A DNA stretch of 64,000 bases from an uncultured Alphaproteobacteria bacterium (GTDB lineage Bacteria > Pseudomonadota > Alphaproteobacteria > JAJFIK01): NCBI GenBank assembly GCA_964612085.1, contig CAZTCJ010000004.1:19067-83066 (forward strand), in the 5' to 3' direction. Of the stretch, positions 17,485 through 26,318 are shown piece after piece. The notes beneath the pieces are model-generated. The model saw only the letters and a program-made list of their open reading frames with translations. It was not told the origin of the DNA and searched no databases. The stretch's first letter is position 1. Every line of letters begins with the position of its first letter. A program made the translations under genes and the position numbers.

Positions 17485-17505
17485 AAAGAGGTTCATCACC
17501 TCTTT
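17485..17505 (+). promoter_or_regulatory. hairpin in the thrB leader (possible attenuator)
   Basis: AAAGAGGT-tcatc-ACCTCTTT followed by cgtgtaTTTcc, about 85 nt upstream of the thrB ATG. Confidence 0.25.
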
Positions 17506-17588
17506 CGTGTATTTCCGAGCGCCAGCGGACAGATCGCTCAAGTGTTCGGGGAGACCGGGCACAATACTTACCCTTCGAGAGGAAGATC

Positions 17589-18539
17589 ATGTCGAATATG
17601 TCGCAGACCGCCGAAGCGCCTGCCAGTATCGGCAATGTGGCCGTCGGCTTCGACATGCTGGGCCAGGCCTTTCCCGTGGCGTTCGACCGGGTGACGGCCA
17701 CGCGCCTGCCCGAAACGGGCGCCCGTCTTGGCCGTGTCTCAGGGCTCGTGACCGCCTTGCCCGAAGCGGTGGCGCAGAATACGGCGCTGCGGGCGGCCCA
17801 GGCCGTGCTCGATGGGGCGCAGGCCCGCTTCGGTGTGCGCCTCGATATCGACAAGGGCGTGCCCTTGAGCGCAGGCATGGGTGGCTCGGCGGCCTCGGCG
17901 GTGGCGGCCACGCTGGCGGTCAACGCGCTGCTCGATGCGCCTTTCGGCAAGGACGGTTTGCTCGCCTTCGCGCTGGAAGGCGAGGCCGCGTCTGCCGCCA
18001 ACCCGCCCGTCGATAACGTAGCGGCGAGCCTTCATGGCGGCCTGACGCTGATCTATCGGGATCAGCCTCTGGCGGTGACGTCTCTGCCTGTGCCCGAGGG
18101 GCTCGCCTGCGTGCTCATCCATCCGGAGTTCAAGGTGGAGACCCGGGCGGCGCGGCAGATCCTCAAGCCCGAGGTGCCACTCAGCACCCTGGTTGCCCAT
18201 GCCCGCAATGTGGCGGGGTTCGTGGATGCCTGCCACCGCGGCGATCTCGATCTTCTGAAGGCCTGTCTGCGCGATGTGGTGGTCGAGCCCCAGCGGGCGG
18301 ATCTCGTGCCTTTTTTCCGGACCACTCAACAGGCAGCCTTAAAAGCCGGTGCGTTGGGCTGTTCGCTGTCGGGCAGCGGGCCGTCCATTTTCGCCTGGGC
18401 GCGGGAGCCGGACCGGGCGCGGATACAGGAGGCCATGGTGGAGGCTCTGGAGCGCCAGGGCGTCGGCCATACCGCTTACAGCGCGCCTTTGACCGGGGCC
18501 GGCGCGCGGGTCCTGGGGAGCCGAGAGAGGGGTCTGTGA
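17589..18539 (+). CDS. thrB: homoserine kinase (GHMP family)
   Basis: ASIGNVAVGFD N-terminal motif and GHMP motif II (KGVPLSAGMGGSAASAVAA). Immediately followed by thrC. Confidence 0.9.
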   Translation: MSNMSQTAEAPASIGNVAVGFDMLGQAFPVAFDRVTATRLPETGARLGRVSGLVTALPEAVAQNTALRAAQAVLDGAQARFGVRLDIDKGVPLSAGMGGSAASAVAATLAVNALLDAPFGKDGLLAFALEGEAASAANPPVDNVAASLHGGLTLIYRDQPLAVTSLPVPEGLACVLIHPEFKVETRAARQILKPEVPLSTLVAHARNVAGFVDACHRGDLDLLKACLRDVVVEPQRADLVPFFRTTQQAALKAGALGCSLSGSGPSIFAWAREPDRARIQEAMVEALERQGVGHTAYSAPLTGAGARVLGSRERGL

Positions 18540-19867
18540 TGGACTATGTCAGTACCCGGGCGGGTGGGCCCGCCGTCTCCTTGAGCCAGGCCATCGCCAC
18601 GGGCCTCGCGCCCGATGGCGGGCTTTATGTTCCCGACACACTGCCCCAACACGATCCGGATGACTTTGATCCGGAGGCGCCGCTGGAGCGCCTGGCCGCC
18701 GATCTGCTGGCGCCGTTCTTCGACGGCGATCCGCTGGCCGACGATCTGGAGCGCCTGTGCAAAGGCGCGTTCACCTTTCCCATTCCGCTGACCGCGCCGC
18801 GCGGCGACAAGCCGTTGTTCCGTGTGCTGGAACTGTTTCACGGGCCCACGGCGGCGTTCAAGGATATGGGCGCGCGCTTCCTCGCCCAGGCGCTCAGCGC
18901 CATGGAGCAGCCCACGGACGATCCCTTCACGGTTCTGGTGGCGACCTCCGGCGACACGGGCGGCGCTGTGGCCGCCGCCTTCGACGATCTGGACGGCGCC
19001 CAGGTGGTCATTCTGTTTCCGGACGGACGGGTCTCCAGCCTGCAACAGCATCAATTGACCTGCTGGTCCGAGACCGTGTTATCCTTGAGTGTGCGTCCCG
19101 ATTTCGACGCCTGCCAGGCGCTGGCGAAACGGGCCTTCGCCGATCCGGATCTGACCGAGACCTTCCGGCTGACCTCCGCCAACAGCATCAATATCGCCCG
19201 GCTGCTCGCCCAGATGGTCTATTACGTCCAGGCCAGTCTCCAGGTCGAAGCCGAGACTGGTCAGTCCGCGAACTTTATCGTGCCCACGGGCAATCTGGGC
19301 AACGCGCTGGCGGGGCTCTGGGTCAAGGCCATGGGTTTTCCCGTGGGCCGGATCCTGTTCGCCACCAACGCCAACAAGACCTTGAGCGAATACACCCTGA
19401 GCGGCAGCTATACGCCGCGGGCATCGGTCGCCACGCTCGCCAGCGCCATGGATGTGGGCGCGCCCAGCAATTTCGAGCGCCTGTCGGATCTGTACGATCA
19501 CAAGACCATGGTGGAACAGGGTATCGCCGCCCGTTCCGTGCCGGACGAGGCGATCAGTGGACAGATCACCCGGGACTATCGGGGTCACGGCATCATCTGG
19601 TGTCCCCATACGGCAGCGGCTGCCGCCGTCTACGATGATCTCGATCCCCATCAATGGGCGCGGCCCTGGGTGGTGCTGGCCACCGCCCATGCCTCGAAGT
19701 TCCCGGAAACCGTGGAGCCGCTGATCGGCGAGGCCGTGCCGCCGGTGCCCGCGCTCGCCGCACTTTTGGACCGGCCCTCCCGGTTCGAGCGCATCGACGA
19801 CGATGTGGAGGCTCTGGGCCGGGCCATGCGCCAGCGCTTCCGGCCGGTTCAGCGGCCCGTCAGATAG
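18539..19867 (+). CDS. thrC: threonine synthase
   Basis: YVSTRG-like N-terminus (DYVSTRAGG), GLAPDGGLYVP, and PLP-lysine motif FHGPTAAFKDMGARF. The ATG overlaps the thrB stop (TGATG). Confidence 0.9.
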   Translation: MDYVSTRAGGPAVSLSQAIATGLAPDGGLYVPDTLPQHDPDDFDPEAPLERLAADLLAPFFDGDPLADDLERLCKGAFTFPIPLTAPRGDKPLFRVLELFHGPTAAFKDMGARFLAQALSAMEQPTDDPFTVLVATSGDTGGAVAAAFDDLDGAQVVILFPDGRVSSLQQHQLTCWSETVLSLSVRPDFDACQALAKRAFADPDLTETFRLTSANSINIARLLAQMVYYVQASLQVEAETGQSANFIVPTGNLGNALAGLWVKAMGFPVGRILFATNANKTLSEYTLSGSYTPRASVATLASAMDVGAPSNFERLSDLYDHKTMVEQGIAARSVPDEAISGQITRDYRGHGIIWCPHTAAAAAVYDDLDPHQWARPWVVLATAHASKFPETVEPLIGEAVPPVPALAALLDRPSRFERIDDDVEALGRAMRQRFRPVQRPVR

Positions 19868-20994
19868 GTGTTGGCGCGTTCCACGGCATTAATCCGGATA
19901 TTGGCGTAGACCGCATTGATCCCAAGCTGATGATGGGGCCGTCCGGCATAAAGGGTCTCGTCTTCCAGCTCCGTCACGGTGCGGTCGAGCCGCAAAATGC
20001 CGCCGACGCATTGGGCGCCCGTGGCCAGCGGCGTCAGGGCGGGCAGATCGGCACCCATATAGCGGCCGAGGGGCAAGGCGCCCAGATGGCGCGCCGCCAG
20101 GACCGGAATTTCATCCATGGCCCAGGACAGCGGATTGATGCACAGGATTGGCCGCTCCCCGACCGTGTTCAGACGGCCGCTTTCCCACACCAGGCTGCGC
20201 TCGGTGAGGGCGACCGCATCGGCATTCTGGGGGTAGGCGGACCATGCCACCACGCAGCCGGTCTGGCTGGCATTGCGGCACGGTTCGATCTGGTAAAGCG
20301 CGTCGGCGAACAGATCGAGCGGCACCGGATGGCCGATCAGATAGGCCGCGATCAGACGGTCCTGGACGCGGGTGCCCGCGATCTCGTCCTGCAACAGGCC
20401 GAGCGCATGGAGCGCGCCCTGGCCCTCGCCAGCCAGAATGAACGGACGGCGTCCGGCCCGGAAGCGCAGATAGTTGCGGAAGGCCCGGCGTACGTCACGA
20501 TAGGCCAATGTCCGGGCCCGGCGCGCATCGTCGCCGCGGGTACGGAAACTGTAGAGCGTGGCTTGACGGTAATGGGGCGCGAACACCCGTCCGGCGGCAG
20601 CGAAGGCGCTGGCCTGATTGGGCAGGATCACCGTTTTGACGGTCTGCGCCGCCTCGCCATTGATGGGCGCGTTCCAGCCTTTGCTGGAGGCGAAAGTGGT
20701 GGGATGGATGAAGAAGACATCGACCTGTTCGTGCAACTCGACCGGCGCGGAGGGCGCGTTGCGCGGCGCCAGATCCGAGCCGTCCATGCGCCCGGGCAGG
20801 GCCGCCCAGGCATCGTCAGAGCCGTAATCCGGATTGGGCGGCGCGGGCACGGCGGCGAAGGGCTGGCTCGGGTCCAGGGTGAAATTCATCACCTGGTCGC
20901 GGAAGACGTAAAGCGCCACGGCGATTACAGCCAGGACGACGCCAATGCCTGCCAGCCATCTTCCGCTTGAGCGAACCACACGCAACTCCCGCAC
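19849..20994 (-). CDS. DUF3089-family alpha/beta-hydrolase-like protein, N-terminal TM anchor (paralog 1)
   Basis: VDVFFIHPTTF ... APHYRQATLYSF ... AYRDVRRAF ... PFILAGEGQGALH pattern. GTG start. Clear paralog of 23536..24711. Confidence 0.75.
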   Translation of the reverse strand: MRELRVVRSSGRWLAGIGVVLAVIAVALYVFRDQVMNFTLDPSQPFAAVPAPPNPDYGSDDAWAALPGRMDGSDLAPRNAPSAPVELHEQVDVFFIHPTTFASSKGWNAPINGEAAQTVKTVILPNQASAFAAAGRVFAPHYRQATLYSFRTRGDDARRARTLAYRDVRRAFRNYLRFRAGRRPFILAGEGQGALHALGLLQDEIAGTRVQDRLIAAYLIGHPVPLDLFADALYQIEPCRNASQTGCVVAWSAYPQNADAVALTERSLVWESGRLNTVGERPILCINPLSWAMDEIPVLAARHLGALPLGRYMGADLPALTPLATGAQCVGGILRLDRTVTELEDETLYAGRPHHQLGINAVYANIRINAVERANTYLTGR

Positions 20995-21173
20995 CGGTCA
21001 CGGAGCGAATCTCCGTCTTTTCAGGCAGTTTGCCATAGCTCGGCGGCAAATTGACGGCGCTATTTTTGTGCGGGCGTGGCTTATGGGCGACGGTGGGATC
21101 GCATACAGTCTGAAAAAATGATCTGACAACCATCCGCTTAGAAGGCGGAAGGTCTACGGCTTGGGGGCCTGAC

Positions 21174-22109
21174 ATGATCGAAGTCGAAAATCTGTCGTTC
21201 GAATATCCGACGACCCGCGCGCTCGACCAGGTGAACCTGTCGGTTGAAGCGGGCGCGATCGCCGCCCTTGTGGGCCCTAATGGCGCGGGCAAGACCACGC
21301 TTCTGCGGTGCCTCGCCGCCCTGGAGCGGCCTTACGAAGGCCGGGTGCGCATTGACGGGCTCGATACCCAGGATCATCCCCGCGACGTCCATGCGCGGGT
21401 CGGCTATCTGCCGGATTTCTTCGGGCTTTATGAAGACCTGACCGTGCAGCAATGCCTGTTCTTCGCCGCCCGCGCCCATGACCTGTCGTCCTCCAAGGCC
21501 AATGAGGCGGTCAAGGTGACGGCCGAACGGGTGGACCTGACCAACCGTCTGAACAGCCGGGCGGGGGAACTGTCCCGGGGCCTGCGCCAGCGGCTCGCCA
21601 TCGGTCAGGCCATCGTGCACGAACCGAAGGTGCTGATGCTCGACGAACCGGCCTCCGGTCTCGACCCCCAGGCGCGCCGCTCGCTCTCGACCCTGCTTCT
21701 GGACCTGCAGACGCTCGGCATCACCCAGATCGTCTCGTCCCACATCCTGGCGGAGCTGGAGGACTATTCCAGCCACATGATCATCATGGAACAGGGCCGC
21801 ATCATCAGCTCCCGCAAGGTCACCGATGCGGACGGCGCGCGTCTTGTCATCAAGATCGAACTGGCCCAGCCCGATTCCCGCCTGGCAGATTTCCTCGGCA
21901 CCCAGCCGGGCGTCACCGTGGGTCAGGCCGATGACCGGATCGCCGTGGTCTCGCTCGAGGGCGGGGCGGAGGCCCGGGCCGGTCTCCTGAAAGCGCTCGT
22001 TGAGAACGGCTTTTCCGTCAGTGGCGTGACGGAGCAGCGCCAGCGCCTGGAGGACGCTTATTTCGAGGACATAAGGTCGGCTCAAACGGGGGGAGGGGAT
22101 CAGAAATGA
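21174..22109 (+). CDS. ABC transporter ATP-binding protein (ABC-2/DrrA-like) with C-terminal accessory domain
   Basis: Walker A GPNGAGKTT, signature LSRGLRQRL, Walker B VLMLDEPASGLD, H-loop SSH. Confidence 0.9.
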   Translation: MIEVENLSFEYPTTRALDQVNLSVEAGAIAALVGPNGAGKTTLLRCLAALERPYEGRVRIDGLDTQDHPRDVHARVGYLPDFFGLYEDLTVQQCLFFAARAHDLSSSKANEAVKVTAERVDLTNRLNSRAGELSRGLRQRLAIGQAIVHEPKVLMLDEPASGLDPQARRSLSTLLLDLQTLGITQIVSSHILAELEDYSSHMIIMEQGRIISSRKVTDADGARLVIKIELAQPDSRLADFLGTQPGVTVGQADDRIAVVSLEGGAEARAGLLKALVENGFSVSGVTEQRQRLEDAYFEDIRSAQTGGGDQK

Positions 22110-23539
22110 ACCCGGAATTTCAGCGCAATCTCTGGCTCAATTTCTCCACCGGCCGCCTGATCATGATGCCCGCGATCCTGGGCGCGATCTTTTTTGCCGT
22201 GTCCCTGGTGCCGGAGGATTTCGAGGACATGTCGCTCCGCGCCACGGCGGAGTTTCTGTTCGTCCTGATCGTGATCTTCTGGGGTACGCGGCTGGCCGCG
22301 CGCGCCGTTGTCGGCGAGATCCGCGACCGCACCTGGGACGGCCAGCGCATGTCGGCGATCGCGCCCTGGAGCATGGTCTGGGGCAAGCTTCTGGGCAGCA
22401 CCATCTATGTCTGGTATGGCGGCGCGATCTGCCTGGCACTGATCGTCTTTACCCATCTGCCCGATCTGGGCCGGGCGCTGTACGACATCGCCTTCTGGCT
22501 GTCCATCGGCATCTTCTCCCACGCCATCGCCATGCTGACGAGCCTGCTGGCCGTGCGCCGGGACTCCAAGCATATGCGGCTTGAGGTCTTCGCCTATCAG
22601 TTCGCGGGCCTTGTCGGGGCCTGGTTCGCGGCCTCGCTGTGGCCCAGCCGGGTCTGGCAGGATTTCGGGCTGGAAGGCGCGATCCCCGACATCCAGTGGT
22701 TCGGCATCGGGCTGGAAGCCGATTTGTTCTTCCTGCTGTCGATCGCCGCCTTCGTGATCTGGGGCATCATCGGCAACCACCGGCTCATGCGCCAGGAACT
22801 GCAGTTCCAGAATTCACCTTTGGTGTGGATCGCGTTCCTTGTCTTCATGATGGCCTATGTGGCGGGGCTGGCGGACAACTTCCAACTGGAGGCCGATCTG
22901 ACCTTCCAGACCCGGCTCTATCTGGCGGGCGCCATGGCCTCCCTGCTCACCTATGCGATGATCTTTCTCGACACGAAGGATCCCGTCCTGCTGCGCTGGA
23001 TCGGCGGCCGCTTTGTTTCCGGCTCGGTCTTCGCCGCCATAGGCCGGCTGCCGAGCTGGTTCTGGTCTCTGGGCGCGGCGGGCGTCATGGCCGTTCTGCT
23101 GGTCCTGTTCGGCGACACCATTCCGATCCCCGACGGCGATCTCGATTTCGATGTGCAAGAGGAACAGGAGCTGGGCTGGCTGGTGGATCTGATGGCCGCG
23201 ATCCGGCAAGACGGGTTCTTCGCACCGGCGGCCCTGGTGGTGGCGGCCTTCTTCTTCATCGTGCGGGATGTGGGCATTTTCCTGTTCTTCAATGCGGGGC
23301 GGCGGCTGTCGCGGCGCGGCGATTTCGCCGCGCTGGTGGTGATCTTCGTGCTTTATGTCATCCTGCCGTCGATCGTCACCGGCATGGGCTGGTCTCAGGC
23401 CATCGGCTGGTTCGGTCCGTTCCCGGCCGATCCCCAATGGATGGCCGTGGTGCCACCTCTGGTGGAAGCCGTCTTCGTGCTGACCTTCGCCTTCATCCGG
23501 ATCGCCCGGGTGCGCCGGACCGTGCCTGCGCCCGCTTAA
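22106..23539 (+). CDS. large polytopic membrane protein, probable ABC-2-type permease partner
   Basis: ATGA overlap with the ATPase gene. About 12 predicted hydrophobic spans. GEIRDRTWDGQRMSAIAPWSMVWGKLLG resembles the E-x-x-GT-x-E...P...GK motif of ABC-2 permeases. No family name can be assigned by eye. Confidence 0.7.
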   Translation: MNPEFQRNLWLNFSTGRLIMMPAILGAIFFAVSLVPEDFEDMSLRATAEFLFVLIVIFWGTRLAARAVVGEIRDRTWDGQRMSAIAPWSMVWGKLLGSTIYVWYGGAICLALIVFTHLPDLGRALYDIAFWLSIGIFSHAIAMLTSLLAVRRDSKHMRLEVFAYQFAGLVGAWFAASLWPSRVWQDFGLEGAIPDIQWFGIGLEADLFFLLSIAAFVIWGIIGNHRLMRQELQFQNSPLVWIAFLVFMMAYVAGLADNFQLEADLTFQTRLYLAGAMASLLTYAMIFLDTKDPVLLRWIGGRFVSGSVFAAIGRLPSWFWSLGAAGVMAVLLVLFGDTIPIPDGDLDFDVQEEQELGWLVDLMAAIRQDGFFAPAALVVAAFFFIVRDVGIFLFFNAGRRLSRRGDFAALVVIFVLYVILPSIVTGMGWSQAIGWFGPFPADPQWMAVVPPLVEAVFVLTFAFIRIARVRRTVPAPA

Positions 23540-24711
23540 CGCCGGAACGCTTCGACCCGCTCAAGGGCATTCCGGCGGATCGAGACATAGAACAGATTGT
23601 AATCCGCACGGTGATAATCGCCCGGTGCGATCAGGGCCTTGTCGAAGCCCTTGACGGCGGGCTGGGCGATCCGGAGCGCGCCGCCGGGATCGCAGACCGC
23701 GCCGGTGATGCCCGACTGGGTGGCGGGGAGCGGCGCGAGCCCGTCGGTGAACGGCACCGCCCCAGGGTTCTGGGAGGGCGTGGCGGGCGTGCCGTCGTCG
23801 AACCAGTTCAGAGGATTGACGCAGATCCGCGCCCGGTTGGCATTGGCCTTGTAGACGCCGTCGGGATAGCGCAGGGACTGGGTGGCGTAAGGATCTTCCG
23901 GTGCGCTCTCGAGCAGGGTCGTCCAGCTCACCACGCACGCGGTTTCCTCCGGTCCGGCGCACACGCTCAAGCGCGGCAGCACGTCCTCAAGATAATCCGC
24001 CGTGATACCGAGGCCCGGCAGATAGGCCGCCACGAGCTGGGTCTCATAGCGGCTGCCCATGACATAATCCTCAAGCAGGCGCAGGGCATGGCGCGAGCCC
24101 TGGCCGTGGCCCGCGACGATCAGCGGACGATCGCCGTGCCAGCGGCGCAGGAAATGCTCGAAGGCCCGCGCCACGTCCCGATAGGCCAGATCGATGGCCT
24201 TGCGGCTGTCCTCGCCGCCTTCCGACAGGGTGGCGAAAAAGGTGGCCTGCCGGTAGCGCGGCGCGAAGATCCGGCAGCACAGTTGAAAGACGCTCGCCTG
24301 ATGCTTGATGCTGCCTTCCTCCGCCCGCGGCGCCGCCAGCGGATCGTCGATGGCCGCGTTCCAGGCGCCGCTGGCCAGGAAGGTGGTGGAATGCACGAAG
24401 AAGACATCGGCCGGACGGGTCGAGGGGATCGGGGCGGCCAGATCCTCCGGCGTCATATCCGCGAAATCGTCGGAAAAGGGCAGGGCGGCCCAGCTTTCCA
24501 GATCCGCATAGTCGGGTTCCGGCGGCTGCGGCACCGTCTCGAACGGCGTGTCAGGATTGATCGCGCTCAGGAACATCTTCTTGCCGAAGGCGCCCGAGAG
24601 CACGATCCCGGCCATGAACAGCAGCATCAAGGTGGCCAGCGCATAGACCACCCGGCGCGCAGCGGGATTGGTCTTCAGACCTGGCGAAGAGGGTGTGGTC
24701 CCGGTCGGCAT
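23536..24711 (-). CDS. DUF3089-family alpha/beta-hydrolase-like protein, N-terminal TM anchor (paralog 2)
   Basis: ADVFFVHSTTF ... APRYRQATFFAT ... AYRDVARAF ... PLIVAGHGQGSRH. Its stop shares a TTAA with the permease stop. Confidence 0.75.
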   Translation of the reverse strand: MPTGTTPSSPGLKTNPAARRVVYALATLMLLFMAGIVLSGAFGKKMFLSAINPDTPFETVPQPPEPDYADLESWAALPFSDDFADMTPEDLAAPIPSTRPADVFFVHSTTFLASGAWNAAIDDPLAAPRAEEGSIKHQASVFQLCCRIFAPRYRQATFFATLSEGGEDSRKAIDLAYRDVARAFEHFLRRWHGDRPLIVAGHGQGSRHALRLLEDYVMGSRYETQLVAAYLPGLGITADYLEDVLPRLSVCAGPEETACVVSWTTLLESAPEDPYATQSLRYPDGVYKANANRARICVNPLNWFDDGTPATPSQNPGAVPFTDGLAPLPATQSGITGAVCDPGGALRIAQPAVKGFDKALIAPGDYHRADYNLFYVSIRRNALERVEAFRR

Positions 24712-24719
24712 GGGCGTTA

Positions 24720-25118
24720 CTATCCTTGTGAGTCGGGATCCCGGCCAAGAGCGCTGAGCGCATCCCGGTATCCGGAATAGCGCGGCTGGTCGATCGCCAC
24801 CTTGTCCAAGGTGGTCTCGCGCAGATGCTCCTTCAGGGCCGGCGCATCGAGTGTTATCGTGCCGGTGCGGATCGCCCGCGCCAATGCGGCATTGAGATCC
24901 TCCAGGGAACCGTCGCGCCCCAGAAGGGCTTTGAGCCGGTCGTGTTCCCGGGCGCGGGCGGACGGGCCCAACGCCAGATCCCGTTCCACGATGGCGAGCG
25001 CGTTCATGGCGACGCGGGCATGAAAGCCCGTGTGTCCGTCAAGGGAAGGCGCGATGCGGGTTTCCAGGAACTCGCGCACCGCCAGAACCAGTTCCGCCGT
25101 ATCCGGAGAATTCTGCAT
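24720..25118 (-). CDS. DUF6285-like small helical protein
   Basis: MQNSPDTAELVLAVREFLETRIAPSLDGHTGFHARVAMNALAIVERDLALGP, the pattern usually found next to APH-fold phosphotransferases. GGAGG RBS. Ends 8 nt upstream of the DUF3089 paralog 2 ATG. Confidence 0.65.
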   Translation of the reverse strand: MQNSPDTAELVLAVREFLETRIAPSLDGHTGFHARVAMNALAIVERDLALGPSARAREHDRLKALLGRDGSLEDLNAALARAIRTGTITLDAPALKEHLRETTLDKVAIDQPRYSGYRDALSALGRDPDSQG

Positions 25119-25135
25119 GGTCCGCGCCTCCGTCC

Positions 25136-26152
25136 TCACCCGATGACCAGCATGTTGACAAGGTCAATTTCCGTCTCCGACGAGCGCCGCCCGATGGTGG
25201 CGCGCTCCACCGTCCGGTCGGCGCCGGACCGGAAGGTCTCGGCCATGATCATGCACATGATGCCCCATTTGAGCGTGCCGAAGACCTCCCAGAAGCGCAC
25301 CCGCTGCCGGTCCACCGAACCGCCGCCCGCCTCTTCATAGCCTGTGAAAAGCTCTTCATACGGTCCAAAGCCGCCGACCGGATTGTGGGAAACGCCGAAG
25401 CGCCAGGAATTGACGCAGATCCAGCCCAGATCCTCCATGGGATCGCCCAGATGGGTCAGTTCCCAATCGAGCACGGCGCGCACGCCGTCCGGCCCGATCA
25501 TCAGATTGCCGTTGCGGAAGTCGCCATGGACCAGGCGCGGCGCGGCATCGTCCGGGAGCCGCTCTTCAAGCCAGCGGAAGGCGTATTCGAACACAGGGCG
25601 CGGATCGGTGAAGCCGTCATAGATCTCGCGGTAACGCGACCACTGCAAACGGGCGCCCTGGGTGTCCAAAGGCGGCAGATGGTCCAAAGGCACGGCGTGG
25701 AGGCGGGCGAGGATTGCGCCGCACTGGCGCGCCAGTTTCGGGCGGGCGGCCTCGTAGGCCGGATCGCGCAGGATCTTGCGGGCGATGGTCTCGCCGTCGA
25801 TCCGGGTCATGACATAAGCCTCGCCGATGTCGTCTTCCGGCACCATGACGTAAGGCACCTGGGGCACAGGCACGCCCGCCTTGGCGCATGCCCGGATGAC
25901 GGCGGCTTCAGTGGCGAGGGCAACGCCGGTGCCCATCTTCACGCCCGCGATGCCGCCCGGCACCCGGCGCAGGATCAAAGGCACGGGCGCGCCGGCGTCC
26001 ATGAGGGCATCGAACGCCCAGGTCTCCTGGCTCGCGCCGCCGGACAGGCGCTTCAGACCGGCGATGCCGCACGCGCCGGAGACGATCCGGGCTGCTGCCG
26101 CGTCCAGGGCGCGCTCAAGCCGGGTCTTCTCTGTTTGAGGATCTGTGAACAT
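25136..26152 (-). CDS. phosphotransferase-family protein (APH/choline-kinase fold)
   Basis: Catalytic loop LVHGDFRNGNLMI and DWELTHLGDPMEDL (Brenner/APH motifs). Confidence 0.85.
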   Translation of the reverse strand: MFTDPQTEKTRLERALDAAAARIVSGACGIAGLKRLSGGASQETWAFDALMDAGAPVPLILRRVPGGIAGVKMGTGVALATEAAVIRACAKAGVPVPQVPYVMVPEDDIGEAYVMTRIDGETIARKILRDPAYEAARPKLARQCGAILARLHAVPLDHLPPLDTQGARLQWSRYREIYDGFTDPRPVFEYAFRWLEERLPDDAAPRLVHGDFRNGNLMIGPDGVRAVLDWELTHLGDPMEDLGWICVNSWRFGVSHNPVGGFGPYEELFTGYEEAGGGSVDRQRVRFWEVFGTLKWGIMCMIMAETFRSGADRTVERATIGRRSSETEIDLVNMLVIG

Positions 26153-26318
26153 GGCCTCGTTTCAGCCGCTGAGCGTTCATTATCTTGCCATCCCGTAACC
26201 GGAGGCTTGCCGTGAGACTGGCGGAGAGTCACGCTTGACTTAAGTAGAGTGTGTCAACCGGCTCTGAAGTCTCATCAAGCATAGTGGTGAGAGCGAAAAT
26301 GTCATCCATTGGAAGGCC

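Noticed and set aside
15134-18016. 960-aa plus-strand ORF, the longest alternative ORF in the window.
   Set aside because: It is entirely antisense to the M16 peptidase, which has an HxxEH motif and a signal peptide, and it runs out of frame into thrB. The translation is Arg/Gly/Ala/His-rich low complexity with no motif. This is the usual open antisense frame of a high-GC gene.
22639-24780. 713-aa plus-strand ORF spanning the permease 3' half and the whole DUF3089-2 gene. The same reasoning applies to 19654..20970 (438 aa), 22100..22780 and 22814..23437.
   Set aside because: These are out-of-frame or antisense shadows of genes that have clear family motifs. The translations are Arg/Pro/Gly-rich.
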